Source: a virus
Taxonomy: Duplodnaviria > Caudoviricetes
IMG/VR virus record: IMGVR_UViG_3300036376_000008
Span: 1 to 52,223 of that record
Direction: 5' to 3' (one strand)
DNA length: 52,223 bases
Shown: one piece after another, positions 35,885-46,082 of the stretch
Layout: each line of letters opens with the position of its first letter
How positions within the stretch are numbered: the first letter of the stretch is position 1
Program-made: the position numbers and the translations under genes
The notes under the pieces: generated by a model
Told to the model about the DNA's origin: nothing
The model's input: only the letters and a program-made list of their open reading frames with translations
Databases searched by the model: none

Positions 35885-38800
35885 GTGGCGACGACGCCGA
35901 ACATTCAAGCACGCGTTTCGATCAAGGGAGCGGATGACGTCCGCGCCGAATTCGAGCGCATGCGCGATTCCGGCGTCCGCTCTTTCGACAAGGTCCGCGA
36001 AAGCGCGGGCAAGGTCGGGTCTTCTGCATCGACTAGCGTGAAGCTTGCAACCTCGGCCGTGAACGGCGCGGCATCTGCGGTTGGCGGTGCTGTTTCGGTC
36101 GTCACAGGAACGATCAGCGCGCTCACATCAGGCCTCGGTTTTGCGCTCGACCTTGCAGAGAAGATCGCGATCGCGGGCGGCGTGACTGGCGTGATCGCCG
36201 GCGCAGGTTTCGGCGGTCTGACCGCGGCGCTGAAAGACTACACAAAGACCACGGCCGAGGCGGTCGAGGGCACGGCTGCGCTCGGCGCCGAATTCAGCAT
36301 GTCGACCCAGACGGCATCGAAGTGGCAGGCATTGCTGCGCCTGCAGGGCGGCGAGGCTGACGAGGTTGAGCGCGCATTCTCCTCGCTGCAGAAGGCCTAC
36401 CTCAAGGCTTCCGAGGGCGACGAGGCTGCCTTGGCGTTCTTCCAGAACGTTGGGCTGGCCGGTAAGCAACTGCGCGACGCGCAAGGTGGACTGCTGCGAT
36501 TCCCGGACCTCCTGGAGCGCGTGTCCACGAACCTGTCCCAGGTGTCAAATTCTGCACTGCGATCCAAGGCCGGCGTGCAGCTTTTCGGCAAAGACGCAGG
36601 GACGATGATCGACATCCTGGAGAAGGGCCCGACCGCCTTCTCCAAGCTCCTCACTGAAATGAGGAAGTTCGACCAATCGCGCGACGCGAAAAGCGCAGCA
36701 GCGGACGCGAGGGAAGAGGCCGACGCGCTGCGTGAGCAGATCGACGAAATCGACAGGTACGGCACTGTCGTCCCGCAGAGCCTTGAGGACGTTACCAGCG
36801 AGTACCTCGACAACACGCGCAAGCTCGCGGAAGCCTGGCGCGGTCTCGGCATGGTGCTGGTCAATGCCTTCGCGCCGATTTTCACCGAATCAGCCAAGGG
36901 CTACACGGACTGGCTCGTTGACAACAAAAAGCGGATCCAGGAGTTCGCGGACTGGGCAGCCGAGACGTTCTCGAACATCACCGACGACCTGAAGGAAATG
37001 TTCCTCGGCGAGCGCGACGTCGAGGACCGTTCAAGCGCGGATGCGAAGACTGCGTCGAACAGCGATGACGAGGAGGAAGACGACACCGCTACGTCGGGCG
37101 CAATCACGTCCGGTGGCGGCGGCAAGAAGGGTGAGAAGTTCAACTACTCCATCTTCAAGTACCTGTCCGTCCCGGTTCAGACGCTGCGCGACGCGATCCT
37201 GGACATCACAGACGCCTACCTCGGAAGGGACGCTCTCGGGTCGAGGGTTCCGTGGCTCGTCCAGGCCAGGGAGATCATCGATGAAGTATGGAAGTCGGCC
37301 AATGCGTTGTACGACACCTTCCTCGAACTCGTCGGCGTGGCCCGCAAGGACGTTCCGACTTTCGCGCAGGTTCTCGCGGTCGCTCGCGATGTGATCAAGT
37401 CTGTTCGCCTTGGGTTCATCGATGACAAGGGCGAGGCTCCGTTCCCGTGGTTGAAGTCGATCGGCGGCATCCTGCGCACGGCTGAGCGCGCGCTGATCGC
37501 GTTCTATGCGATCCTCTACAACAACCGAGACCTCATTCTCTCGCTCGCAAATTTCGCGATGCGCGCCCTGGCTGACGGGCTTGAGGCGATCAACCATATC
37601 CTGAAGGGAGAGTCGATCGGCGGCGACAACCTGTTCTCCTTCCTGGACCGCGCCATCCCGGCCGCCAAGCAGAAGGTGGACGACTTCCGGTCCTACCTGG
37701 CCGAGTCCCTTCACATCGACCCCAAGGCGTCCTGGGGACAGGTGGTCGTGTCCGCATTCAAGGCCATGAAGCAGGCCGCGACCGATGCTGCCGCATACCT
37801 GAAGCTTGCCTGGAGCAATCTGAAGACGGCATTCGACGCCGTCTATCCTGTCCTGCAGAAAGTCGCTTCCGCTCTTGGTTTCAAGGACAAGGACGGAAAC
37901 GGAGACGTCGCACAGCTCGCGGTCGTTTTTCTGATCCTGAAGTTCACGGGTCTGCTGGACATCCTTAAGGACGTTGCGCAGGCAGCCGGTGGATTTGGCT
38001 TGGCTCTCAGTTCGGGCCTGAGCATTGGTCAGAGGCTGCTGCCCGTGATCCTTGGATTTCTGTTCAGTCTGCCAGGGCTAATCAGCGTCACGATCTACGT
38101 CTGGTACGCCTACTGGGACAAGATCAAGCTTGGCGCCATCTACATGTTCGATGACGTCAAGGAGGCGGCGTCAGACGCGTGGGACTCGATTGTTGGAGTG
38201 TTCGGAAAAGCAACTGAGTGGTTCGCTCAGTTGTGGACGGACGTCGTCGAGGGTGCGACCGACTTTTGGAACTGGCTTGTTGGGCTCGCATCTGATGCGT
38301 GGAACGGCGTCGTTTCCGCGTGGGATGGCGTGGTCGAGTGGTTTGCCGGCCTGTGGACCGACATCGTTGATACCGCGACTGGATTCTGGGATGCGATCGT
38401 TTCATCCGCACAAGGTGCATGGGACGGCATCACCTCGATCTGGAGCCGACTCGGCTCGTTCTTCCAGGAGAAGATCGATGGCGTGAAGCAGGCGTTCCAG
38501 AACCTCTGGGACACGATCAAGGCCGGTGCCGGCGCCGCCTGGAACTACATCTTGGTCAAGCTGCACCTGCGATCAGACGCGCAGCCTGATGTCGCGACCG
38601 AGCCGGGCGAGGGTTCCGGCCTGAAGGTGAAATCCTACGACGTTGGAGGCGTTGTGGGTGGAGCAGAGGGACAGGGCCAGCTCGCCATGGTGCATGGAGG
38701 AGAGCGCATCCTGACCACGGCTGAGACGCCGATCTTCGATCGCATGATGGCTGCTCTCGGTGGACTGGTGGTTCCCGACACCGACTTCACTTCGGGCCCG

Positions 38801-38980
38801 CTCGGAGTTCCCGCCGGCGCTGGTGGAGGACTTCCGCTATCGCCCTTCAGGCTTCCTGGCGGCGTCACCGAGGAAGGCTTTTACGGCACACCGGGTGCGC
38901 TGCGTGAACTGCGGATCTCGCAGTCTCGCGCATCGACGGCGCGCGGCCGCACGCTCACCCGAGCGGAGTTGATGCGATGA
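35885..38980 (+). CDS. Tape measure protein
   Basis: About 1030 aa, Ala/Gly-rich and helical; 11-residue Trp periodicity near 38100-38550; 'SYDVGG...GE' C-terminal motif. Confidence 0.9.
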   Translation: MATTPNIQARVSIKGADDVRAEFERMRDSGVRSFDKVRESAGKVGSSASTSVKLATSAVNGAASAVGGAVSVVTGTISALTSGLGFALDLAEKIAIAGGVTGVIAGAGFGGLTAALKDYTKTTAEAVEGTAALGAEFSMSTQTASKWQALLRLQGGEADEVERAFSSLQKAYLKASEGDEAALAFFQNVGLAGKQLRDAQGGLLRFPDLLERVSTNLSQVSNSALRSKAGVQLFGKDAGTMIDILEKGPTAFSKLLTEMRKFDQSRDAKSAAADAREEADALREQIDEIDRYGTVVPQSLEDVTSEYLDNTRKLAEAWRGLGMVLVNAFAPIFTESAKGYTDWLVDNKKRIQEFADWAAETFSNITDDLKEMFLGERDVEDRSSADAKTASNSDDEEEDDTATSGAITSGGGGKKGEKFNYSIFKYLSVPVQTLRDAILDITDAYLGRDALGSRVPWLVQAREIIDEVWKSANALYDTFLELVGVARKDVPTFAQVLAVARDVIKSVRLGFIDDKGEAPFPWLKSIGGILRTAERALIAFYAILYNNRDLILSLANFAMRALADGLEAINHILKGESIGGDNLFSFLDRAIPAAKQKVDDFRSYLAESLHIDPKASWGQVVVSAFKAMKQAATDAAAYLKLAWSNLKTAFDAVYPVLQKVASALGFKDKDGNGDVAQLAVVFLILKFTGLLDILKDVAQAAGGFGLALSSGLSIGQRLLPVILGFLFSLPGLISVTIYVWYAYWDKIKLGAIYMFDDVKEAASDAWDSIVGVFGKATEWFAQLWTDVVEGATDFWNWLVGLASDAWNGVVSAWDGVVEWFAGLWTDIVDTATGFWDAIVSSAQGAWDGITSIWSRLGSFFQEKIDGVKQAFQNLWDTIKAGAGAAWNYILVKLHLRSDAQPDVATEPGEGSGLKVKSYDVGGVVGGAEGQGQLAMVHGGERILTTAETPIFDRMMAALGGLVVPDTDFTSGPLGVPAGAGGGLPLSPFRLPGGVTEEGFYGTPGALRELRISQSRASTARGRTLTRAELMR

Positions 38981-39468
38981 GCTACGTCATTCCCGATCTT
39001 TCTCAGGATACCGTCCTTGACATGGTGGAGCTCGGCGTTGTGCCGGGATCTGCCCGCGGCATGAAGCAGGATCTCAAACCTCTGGAGAACGGCAAGGTCT
39101 ACGTCACCGTCAATGGAAACGACGTCAACACTGGCCGCCCGGCGCTGAACCTGTTCGTGACCACGGTCAGCGGAGAAGATCTCTGGCCGCCAGCCATCGG
39201 AGGCTTGTGGCGCGGCGCTCTCGTGACCTTGCACTGCGCCGTCGAGATCGTGCAGCGCGCCGGGACGGACTTTGTACGGCCGGCCGTCGACGGATCGATC
39301 CGCTATCTCGACGCTGACATGAACGACCTCTCCTCAAGCACCGGAGCGGCATGGGTCTGCTTTAGGCCGATCCTGCGCTGCGTGGTCCTCGACTTCTCGA
39401 CCGACCGTGACGAGTGGACCGACAAGGTGACCTGGTCGATCTCCTTCCGGGAGACGCGTCGTGCATAA
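38977..39468 (+). CDS. Distal tail protein (probable)
   Basis: Coupled after the tape measure gene; 163 aa. Confidence 0.6.
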   Translation: MSYVIPDLSQDTVLDMVELGVVPGSARGMKQDLKPLENGKVYVTVNGNDVNTGRPALNLFVTTVSGEDLWPPAIGGLWRGALVTLHCAVEIVQRAGTDFVRPAVDGSIRYLDADMNDLSSSTGAAWVCFRPILRCVVLDFSTDRDEWTDKVTWSISFRETRRA

Positions 39469-41329
39469 GGACTGGTACGTCGCGATCGTGCCGGCCGGGA
39501 CAGCGTTCGATGCCGCGGCTCACCGTCGGCTCGACATCGACCCGATCAAGATCGCCATTTCCGAGGCCGAGTCGAACGGCCGAGCGAGGGTCGTCCTAAC
39601 CTGCGCCCGCGGAGCCATGGCCGACGTGGCTGACCTGGGCGGCTGGCTGCATCTCTCGCGGGAGCTATCTGATGGTTCCCTGAAGCACATGGCCTACGGC
39701 TACCTGCTCGACATTCCGCTCAAGACAGGATCGGGCGACACCGAGCAGCTTGAGTTCAATTGCTCTCCTGTGAACTGGACGTCCGCGGAGAACACGGCCG
39801 TGCAGCCGTATCGCGTCGTGGCCCACGCTGACCCGGTTCTGATCTCTCCGGAAAGGCGCGGCGACACGGCCGAGATCCTGGACGGCTATGCGAAAGTCAC
39901 GCACTGCCACCGGGCAACTCACACCTACTCTGTCGTCGACATCTTCGGCACGAGCCTTCCCGATTTCTCGATCTCCGATCCCTTCATGCCGGGCCCGGAG
40001 CGCCGCATGACCGGGACGCCGCTTGCGGCGGTCGACGTCACGTTGGAGACGCAGTGGACACAGTCTGGCGAGGGATCGTTCGACGCGACATCCCTGATCG
40101 TTGACCAGTTCCGCGACAAGGGCGAGAAGATCAACACGCTCACCGGCGAGCACCTTGAGAACAACTGGCCGAAGCCGGGTGCCGGCCTGAACGGAAACAG
40201 CGGCTGGTTCGTTCTCAAGTCGACCCTGACCGACGTCACCGAGACGCTTGTCGAGGCCGACTTCCCGCGCCGCGCCGGACCGTTCCATGGATCGAGCAAG
40301 GTCTTCAACTATCTGGACGACCCGAACCTGACGTCTCCGGTTCCCAAGGACGTTTCGCTTCCGCGGTCCTGGTACGATGCCGAGATGGTTCTCGGCTGGG
40401 TCGCGCGCCAGAAGCGCCGAGAGACGGTGACGCTGCGCCTGATCAACGGTTGCCAGCTTGCGGGCATCGGAGAGGTGAAGCGCCTCACCCTGTCCTGCGC
40501 CGACGTCACCCAGGACGACGGAACGGCCCAGTGGGCAACCGACACGACCTACGCATCCGGGGCGGTCGTCCGGTTCGGCCAGGGCTACTACCAGGCGACC
40601 TCGGCTCACACGTCCGGAGGGTCATTCCAGCGGGACTGGTACAACGGCCGGTGGCAAGCCGTGACGGTCAACGCATCGCCCATCGGCGACAGGATGGCCG
40701 AGACGTATTTCAGGACGAGCCGTGGCCTGCAGACGATCTTCTCCGCGATCTTCAAGGCGAGGTCGCTGATCGCGCACTCCACGCGCTGCGTCGAGGTCAA
40801 AGTCCGCTGTGAGCTGACGGACGACCTACTCGACATCACGACTGCCGCCACGGCCAGCTTGAGCGCGCCGCACGACATGCTGCCCGGCGGGTTCGTGAAG
40901 GCGAAAGTTTCCAACGTCGTGATGCTGTCCGAGCAGGCAGACGAGTATCTTGAGGTCACGGTTCTCGCGGCAGTCGGATCCGGCCCCGACAGCTCGTCCG
41001 GCATCTCCGAGACTGGCGAAGCGTGGGATCAGATCGCGGTGGAACTTGACGGAGCCAGCCCGCTTCCGTTCGGAGACATCGGCGGCGTCTGCTTCGTTGA
41101 GAACGGCGGCGCTGACCAGATCGACTACATCGCCGCGAACGACTTCGACACAGCAGCCGGCCGCACCGACAAGGACGCCACCAACCCGACGAAGTTGGTG
41201 AGGGACGTTCCCACGAAGGTCACGCTGATCATGACGCCGATGAGCGGACGGCCGGAGTTCCAGCACTTCGTGACCGTCGCGACATCGCCGTGGCGCGGGC
41301 CTCTCCAGTACGACATGGGAGCCGAGTAA
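39461..41329 (+). CDS. Tail tip/hub protein with a carbohydrate-binding-like insert
   Basis: Position; 'WATDTTYASGAVVRFGQGYYQA' resembles CBM5/12 modules. Confidence 0.65.
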   Translation: MHKDWYVAIVPAGTAFDAAAHRRLDIDPIKIAISEAESNGRARVVLTCARGAMADVADLGGWLHLSRELSDGSLKHMAYGYLLDIPLKTGSGDTEQLEFNCSPVNWTSAENTAVQPYRVVAHADPVLISPERRGDTAEILDGYAKVTHCHRATHTYSVVDIFGTSLPDFSISDPFMPGPERRMTGTPLAAVDVTLETQWTQSGEGSFDATSLIVDQFRDKGEKINTLTGEHLENNWPKPGAGLNGNSGWFVLKSTLTDVTETLVEADFPRRAGPFHGSSKVFNYLDDPNLTSPVPKDVSLPRSWYDAEMVLGWVARQKRRETVTLRLINGCQLAGIGEVKRLTLSCADVTQDDGTAQWATDTTYASGAVVRFGQGYYQATSAHTSGGSFQRDWYNGRWQAVTVNASPIGDRMAETYFRTSRGLQTIFSAIFKARSLIAHSTRCVEVKVRCELTDDLLDITTAATASLSAPHDMLPGGFVKAKVSNVVMLSEQADEYLEVTVLAAVGSGPDSSSGISETGEAWDQIAVELDGASPLPFGDIGGVCFVENGGADQIDYIAANDFDTAAGRTDKDATNPTKLVRDVPTKVTLIMTPMSGRPEFQHFVTVATSPWRGPLQYDMGAE

Positions 41330-41982
41330 TGGCCGAGGAATTCGACCTGCAGGGCATTGCCCAGGAGATCCTGCGCTCACAGACAGACGCGCGGTTCGCC
41401 GGAGACAGCGTCCCCAACACGGATCAGGCGCAGGCCATCCCGGTGCTTTCGACGGACGCCGGCGAGATCGGGTCTGCCGTTCGGGTTTCGCTGCAGGCCG
41501 ACTACGCCGAGCAGGGCGACACCGGCCCGGCGTTTCGCGGAACGCCGAACGACTTCGGATGGCGGCATCAGAACCGGATGGAGATCGGCGCCTACAGCGA
41601 GAGCTACGTCGGCGTCCAGATCGAGGCGGGCGGCGTTCTTGAGCTCAATCCAAACCGCGCCACGGTGTACTGGGTCAACGCACTCGGCTCGCTCAGCGTG
41701 CGGATCGCAGACATCTCCGACCCCGGGTCAGTGTCAGGTTTCGCTCCGACCCCGATCCGCTGCGTCTCGTTCGTGATCGTCCTCAATCGGTCTGGCGGCG
41801 CCACGGTGACCTGGCCGGACGGAACGCAGTGGTCGAAGGACGTCCGTGATCCGAATGGAGACGGCAGCGCGGCCGACAGCCTGCTGAACGCTCCCTCGGT
41901 CAGTTCGCGAGACGTCTTCGTGCTCCTGCATTTCCCGGGTCTTGCGACGATCGGATTCCTGTCCGGCAAGGATTTCGCCTGA
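41329..41982 (+). CDS. Tail protein
   Basis: 'TVTWPDGTQW' tail-fibre-type motif; coupled. Confidence 0.6.
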   Translation: MAEEFDLQGIAQEILRSQTDARFAGDSVPNTDQAQAIPVLSTDAGEIGSAVRVSLQADYAEQGDTGPAFRGTPNDFGWRHQNRMEIGAYSESYVGVQIEAGGVLELNPNRATVYWVNALGSLSVRIADISDPGSVSGFAPTPIRCVSFVIVLNRSGGATVTWPDGTQWSKDVRDPNGDGSAADSLLNAPSVSSRDVFVLLHFPGLATIGFLSGKDFA

Positions 41983-43355
41983 TGCTGGCCAGGAGGCTCA
42001 TGAACGCGCCACGGACGGCGAAAACGCCGCGGGGCGATGCGAACTACATCGTGCGCGGTCAGACGACCGGCAGCACGTATATCGCGCTCTCAAAGCAGAA
42101 ATGGGAATCTGGGTCCTTCAGGCGCCAGGCGCTGCTGGAGACCACGCTCTATTCGGACCCGCTCTACAAGAGCATGGTGGTCTTCCCCGATGCGGACGGA
42201 ACGATCGGCATCATCGGAACAGGACCGTCGACCACGCCGGTGCAGACGCCGAAGTTCCCGGCCGGCCTGAACCTGGTTCGCTTCGGAACGGCGAGTGACG
42301 GCATTGCCGCAACGGCAGCCCAGTCATGGCCGTTCACGTCTCCCATGAGCGGTACGAGCGTTCACACTGCCTATCCGTTTTCGGGATCCAAGGTCGCCTT
42401 CGTTTCCGCTTCCTCCGGCTCCTCGCGCACCGTGATCGTGTCCGATTATGCCAGAGCGATCTCTTCGACCAGGAACTACACCAACACCGGATTCTTCCCT
42501 GTCTGCGGTGGCATCCTTGGCGTTCCCGCGGTGACTGGCGAGGCGTCCGTTTCGTCCTACTACACCGCATCCGGCACTTCGTATGTCCGGTTCGACGGCG
42601 TCCGCGACGCAGACCCATCGGCCTACCTCGTCACAGGTGTCTCCGCTCCGCTGGCGGTGAGCTGTTCGCCATACAGCCGCGGCATCTCTGCGAACACCGT
42701 GTCCCGGCACAAGAAGCAAACGTTCACCGGCGGATTCCAAGGCCCGGGCAAGACGAGCTGGGGCAGCTACTACCAGGAGACCATTGAGGTCGACGTCTAC
42801 AACCCTGATGGCGGTTCAACGACAAGGATCATCGCCGGGAACTACTATCGCACGAAGATGCTCGACCGTCGCATCTGGTATCGAGCCGGGATCTGTCGAT
42901 TCAACGGCGATGGAACGATCACACAGTTCGAGACCTGGCGCCAGGGTTTCAACGACGTCAGGCTGGTATGGGAGCAGGGTGGTCCGTCCTCGTCCCCTGG
43001 CGTGTGGTACGGCCAATACTGGCGATATGTGAGCGCGACGCAGGTCGGAAGCTTCCCGGCGCTTGCATCCGAGCTCCCGGCCGCAACCGGAACGCGTGTG
43101 AACATCACAGGCGTCTCGCGCAGCTACGTCATCGCGACGATCAACGGAACCGCGCTTTCATGCCTGGTGTCATTCGACGGATCGACCGTGACGCCGCTCA
43201 CGAAGCTGGCAACGCCTCTTGCAGACATCGGGATCCTGGTCAACCAGTCGGACGGAACCTACTCGGCAGATGGTGGGCTGACCTGGACAACGCTGCCATT
43301 GGCGACAGAGACGCTGCCGACAGATCTCGGCGGGCAGCCGCTCTATTTGGTTTAG
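41982..43355 (+). CDS. Receptor-binding/tail fibre candidate
   Basis: S/T/G/Y-rich beta protein with Asp-box 'SADGGLTW'; last gene of the operon. Confidence 0.6.
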   Translation: MLARRLMNAPRTAKTPRGDANYIVRGQTTGSTYIALSKQKWESGSFRRQALLETTLYSDPLYKSMVVFPDADGTIGIIGTGPSTTPVQTPKFPAGLNLVRFGTASDGIAATAAQSWPFTSPMSGTSVHTAYPFSGSKVAFVSASSGSSRTVIVSDYARAISSTRNYTNTGFFPVCGGILGVPAVTGEASVSSYYTASGTSYVRFDGVRDADPSAYLVTGVSAPLAVSCSPYSRGISANTVSRHKKQTFTGGFQGPGKTSWGSYYQETIEVDVYNPDGGSTTRIIAGNYYRTKMLDRRIWYRAGICRFNGDGTITQFETWRQGFNDVRLVWEQGGPSSSPGVWYGQYWRYVSATQVGSFPALASELPAATGTRVNITGVSRSYVIATINGTALSCLVSFDGSTVTPLTKLATPLADIGILVNQSDGTYSADGGLTWTTLPLATETLPTDLGGQPLYLV

Positions 43356-43978
43356 TCGCCGGCCGCCAACGACCGTGACAGCTCATCTGCGATGATTGGA
43401 CCCAGGTCCGCGGCGGCGCTCTCCCCGACAACGCCATAAAAATCGAAGCGCGGCTTGTAGTCGATTTCCGGCACGAGCAGCGCGAGCAGTTTTGACGACT
43501 GGCCCGGGATCTCCTCGATCAGAAGAAGGCTTCCGGGCTGCTGCCTCGATGGCGCCCAGCCGACGCGCTTCCGAGCCAGAGCCTTCGACAGGAAGTCCCG
43601 TGGCAGGTTACCGTAGCGATCGACCTTGGCATCGGGACCCGGAATCAGGACACCTCGGCTCGTCGTTGCGTAATCGCCGGCAACGCGCTCTCCTCCGAAG
43701 ATCTCAAGCTCCAGCCACTGCGCCTGCTGCCGCATGATGGTGATCAGGACAGCCGGATCACGCACTCCGTCATTGCGGGCAGGAAGGAAGGACGCGCCCT
43801 GAGCGGTGAACGGAACCGGCCTATCGAACACGCGAAGCATCGCGGTCTGAAGCCGCAGCTGCGTGACCCGGGCCCACCTGTTCAGGCCTGCGACGATTCC
43901 GTCAGACCAGTCCTTCCGGATGTAGGTGTCGGCATCCCGGTCGAACTCGGAGACATCAAGGTCGATGTCGATCCGCAT
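43352..43978 (-). CDS. Tail-completion/gpZ-like morphogenesis protein (tentative)
   Basis: 'GLNRWA...MLRVFDRPVPFT', 'IFGGER', 'YKPRFDF'. Confidence 0.5.
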   Translation of the reverse strand: MRIDIDLDVSEFDRDADTYIRKDWSDGIVAGLNRWARVTQLRLQTAMLRVFDRPVPFTAQGASFLPARNDGVRDPAVLITIMRQQAQWLELEIFGGERVAGDYATTSRGVLIPGPDAKVDRYGNLPRDFLSKALARKRVGWAPSRQQPGSLLLIEEIPGQSSKLLALLVPEIDYKPRFDFYGVVGESAAADLGPIIADELSRSLAAGD

Positions 43979-44235
43979 CACTCGACCTCGATCTTGACCT
44001 TGACCCCAACGGCCTCTGCAATCGAGAGCGCGCGCGTCAGCGAGAAGAGGTTGTAGTCGCCCTGGATGATCGCGGAATGCGCAATCTGACGGAACGACGG
44101 CAGGCGCTTCTGGATGTCGACAGGCTTCATCCGGCGCTCACAGACACGCCTTGCAACGGCATCAAGCACGCTCTCCTTGAGCGCGCGCTCGGTGTCTGAG
44201 ACGTGGGGTCTAACTGGTCCACCAAAATTCGGCAT
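43978..44235 (-). CDS. XRE/HigA-like HTH protein
   Basis: 'SAIIQGDYNLFSLTRALSIAEAVGVKVKIEV'. Confidence 0.6.
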   Translation of the reverse strand: MPNFGGPVRPHVSDTERALKESVLDAVARRVCERRMKPVDIQKRLPSFRQIAHSAIIQGDYNLFSLTRALSIAEAVGVKVKIEVE

Positions 44236-44255
44236 GGCGTCATGGATTCATAGCT

Positions 44256-44296
44256 TCATGAAACTCACAAACCCTTTGTTTTCAGTGAGTTCATGA
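44256..44296. repeat. Imperfect inverted repeat upstream of the XRE-like gene
   Basis: TCATGAAACTCAC ... GTGAGTTCATGA. Confidence 0.55.
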
Positions 44297-44394
44297 TTTT
44301 CGGCGGCCGGCTTATAGCTCGCCGTCACGCACCGCCCAGGCTTCGTCCCCCCGTTACTCCTTCATTCGCCGTCACGCACTGCAACACAGAACCG

Positions 44395-44745
44395 TCACGG
44401 CGTCGGCAACCGATCATCCCAGTCGGACGACACGGTCTCGTGCCGCTTCACCCGCGACAGCAGCGCCGACATGGTCTCCCGCCTGTCGTGACCGCGCGCA
44501 ACGAGCAGCGCGATTGCCCGGCGCAGGACGGAGAGACCGCTGATCCTCGCTTCCCGGCGATCGGGCCGTGGCATCGCCTCAGCCGTCTCATCGAGTTCCA
44601 GGACGAACGCCGCCGACAGTGCCCAGTCGCAAGCACGGCCGTCCGGACGCCGGTTCTCGCGCAGCCGCCCGCGCCACGTCCTCGCCCGCTCCGCGACCTC
44701 GCGACGCTGCCTGGCTTTCCGTGCGGTGTAGGTTTCATCGTTCAT
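44395..44745 (-). CDS. Hypothetical basic protein
   Basis: MNDETYTARK... portion of the longer ORF. Confidence 0.55.
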   Translation of the reverse strand: MNDETYTARKARQRREVAERARTWRGRLRENRRPDGRACDWALSAAFVLELDETAEAMPRPDRREARISGLSVLRRAIALLVARGHDRRETMSALLSRVKRHETVSSDWDDRLPTP

Positions 44746-44886
44746 GCGATCATGGAAAGCCCTGAGATCGCAAGCCACAAGCACCCATTCGCCGCGTGAC
44801 GGCGAATGTGATTTTCGCATTGGATTCAACGCGTTAACGACTTGCTCGAGGTTTCGTGCTAGGCATGGTCTCGAAGGAGAAATTCC

Positions 44887-45144
44887 ATGTCTGCATCGTC
44901 CATCGTCGGCGGCTTCGATGGCCTGTTTTCCGGCATCGCGCAGGCCGCAGCGATCTCGCACATCAACGCCATGAACCGCGCGCCGGAGAGCAACGGCGTC
45001 AATGCCGTCATCCGCGTCAGCCGCGCCCTGCAGCGCGAGCGCTCCGAGCATGCCCGGACCCGCGCTGCCCTGGACGAGGCTCTCGCCCGCGCCGAAGCCG
45101 CAGAGGCCATGCTTGTGAAGCTTGCCGAGGTCGGAGTGATCTGA
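44887..45144 (+). CDS. Hypothetical coiled-coil protein
   Basis: Strong RBS AAGGAG. Confidence 0.65.
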   Translation: MSASSIVGGFDGLFSGIAQAAAISHINAMNRAPESNGVNAVIRVSRALQRERSEHARTRAALDEALARAEAAEAMLVKLAEVGVI

Positions 45145-45157
45145 CGGCGACTTGCGC

Positions 45158-45212
45158 GTGACCTGCGCGTAGATCGCCATGACCTGCGCCCACAGGTGGT
45201 CACGAAAGTCAA
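45158..45212 (+). repeat. 55-bp element with two TGACCTGCGC repeats, copy B
   Basis: Gap-free match to 22668-22722. Confidence 0.8.
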
Positions 45213-45373
45213 TCGGGTTTTACGGTCTCGCAACCCGATTTCTTGGGACTCCGCAGGATAGGCATTTCGGCGGGCCGGGATTGCGAATGCGATCCTGGCT
45301 CTCTTTCATGCTCAAGACAAACTAAAGGCCGTGGATCGCTCCACGGCCTCTTTTCATTCCCGGCGCGACCGTC

Positions 45374-46018
45374 TCAGTGAACCATCCGCAGCGACGGATG
45401 ATCGACATCGCCAACGTCAGCGCGGAGCTGAGGCCGAGCCTCGCGCGCCTCGCGGTCCCGGCGCAGCCTGTCGGCCACCGCGGCCGCAGCCAGTCCGAAC
45501 GCCTTCCGGGCGTCAGCATGCTCAGGCGCGTTGAAAAACGCCCTCGGCGCCACGCCAGGCTCGATGACCTGCTCCGGGATCACATACTTGAATGGCCCGG
45601 ACTTCGGCACGTCCTGCACGCCGGCGATTGCCTTGCGGCCGGCCAGATGCTCTTCCTGAGCCGCCCTGGGCGCACGCAGGACGGCAATCGCCTCGTCCTT
45701 CGACATCCCGATAAGCCAGGCCTGAACGCCGTTCGGAAGGCCGCGCATGCCCGGCCACGGCGTCCCGATGCCGATCGACGCGACGCATCCGATCGCGCGG
45801 TTGATCATGCTGTCAGGGTCGTAGCGATCACCGATCTTGCGCTCGTCGCCCTGCGGCTGCGCGAGAGCCTCGTCAGCGATCTCGTCTGCAGCGCCGGCCG
45901 CGAAGCCGGGAACGCCGAGCAGCTTCTGGATCAGCGCGATGACGCCGTCACCGAGCGCGCCGATGGTGTTGAGAACGGCCACGATGGCGCGGCCGATAGC
46001 GTAGAGAATGGACTTCAT
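45374..46018 (-). CDS. Hypothetical protein
   Basis: RBS GGAG; 214 aa. Confidence 0.65.
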   Translation of the reverse strand: MKSILYAIGRAIVAVLNTIGALGDGVIALIQKLLGVPGFAAGAADEIADEALAQPQGDERKIGDRYDPDSMINRAIGCVASIGIGTPWPGMRGLPNGVQAWLIGMSKDEAIAVLRAPRAAQEEHLAGRKAIAGVQDVPKSGPFKYVIPEQVIEPGVAPRAFFNAPEHADARKAFGLAAAAVADRLRRDREAREARPQLRADVGDVDHPSLRMVH

Positions 46019-46082
46019 GTTGGTTGCTCCAAGGTCGTGGGTGACCCTGTAGCAGGGTGAATCGCGGCTATGAAAGGGACAA

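Noticed and set aside
38100-38550. Periodic TGG repeats
   Set aside because: Ordinary 11-residue Trp periodicity of tape measure proteins
39461-43355. Diversity-generating retroelement or invertible tail-fibre cassette
   Set aside because: No reverse transcriptase, no TR/VR pair and no nearby invertase or inverted crossover repeats seen
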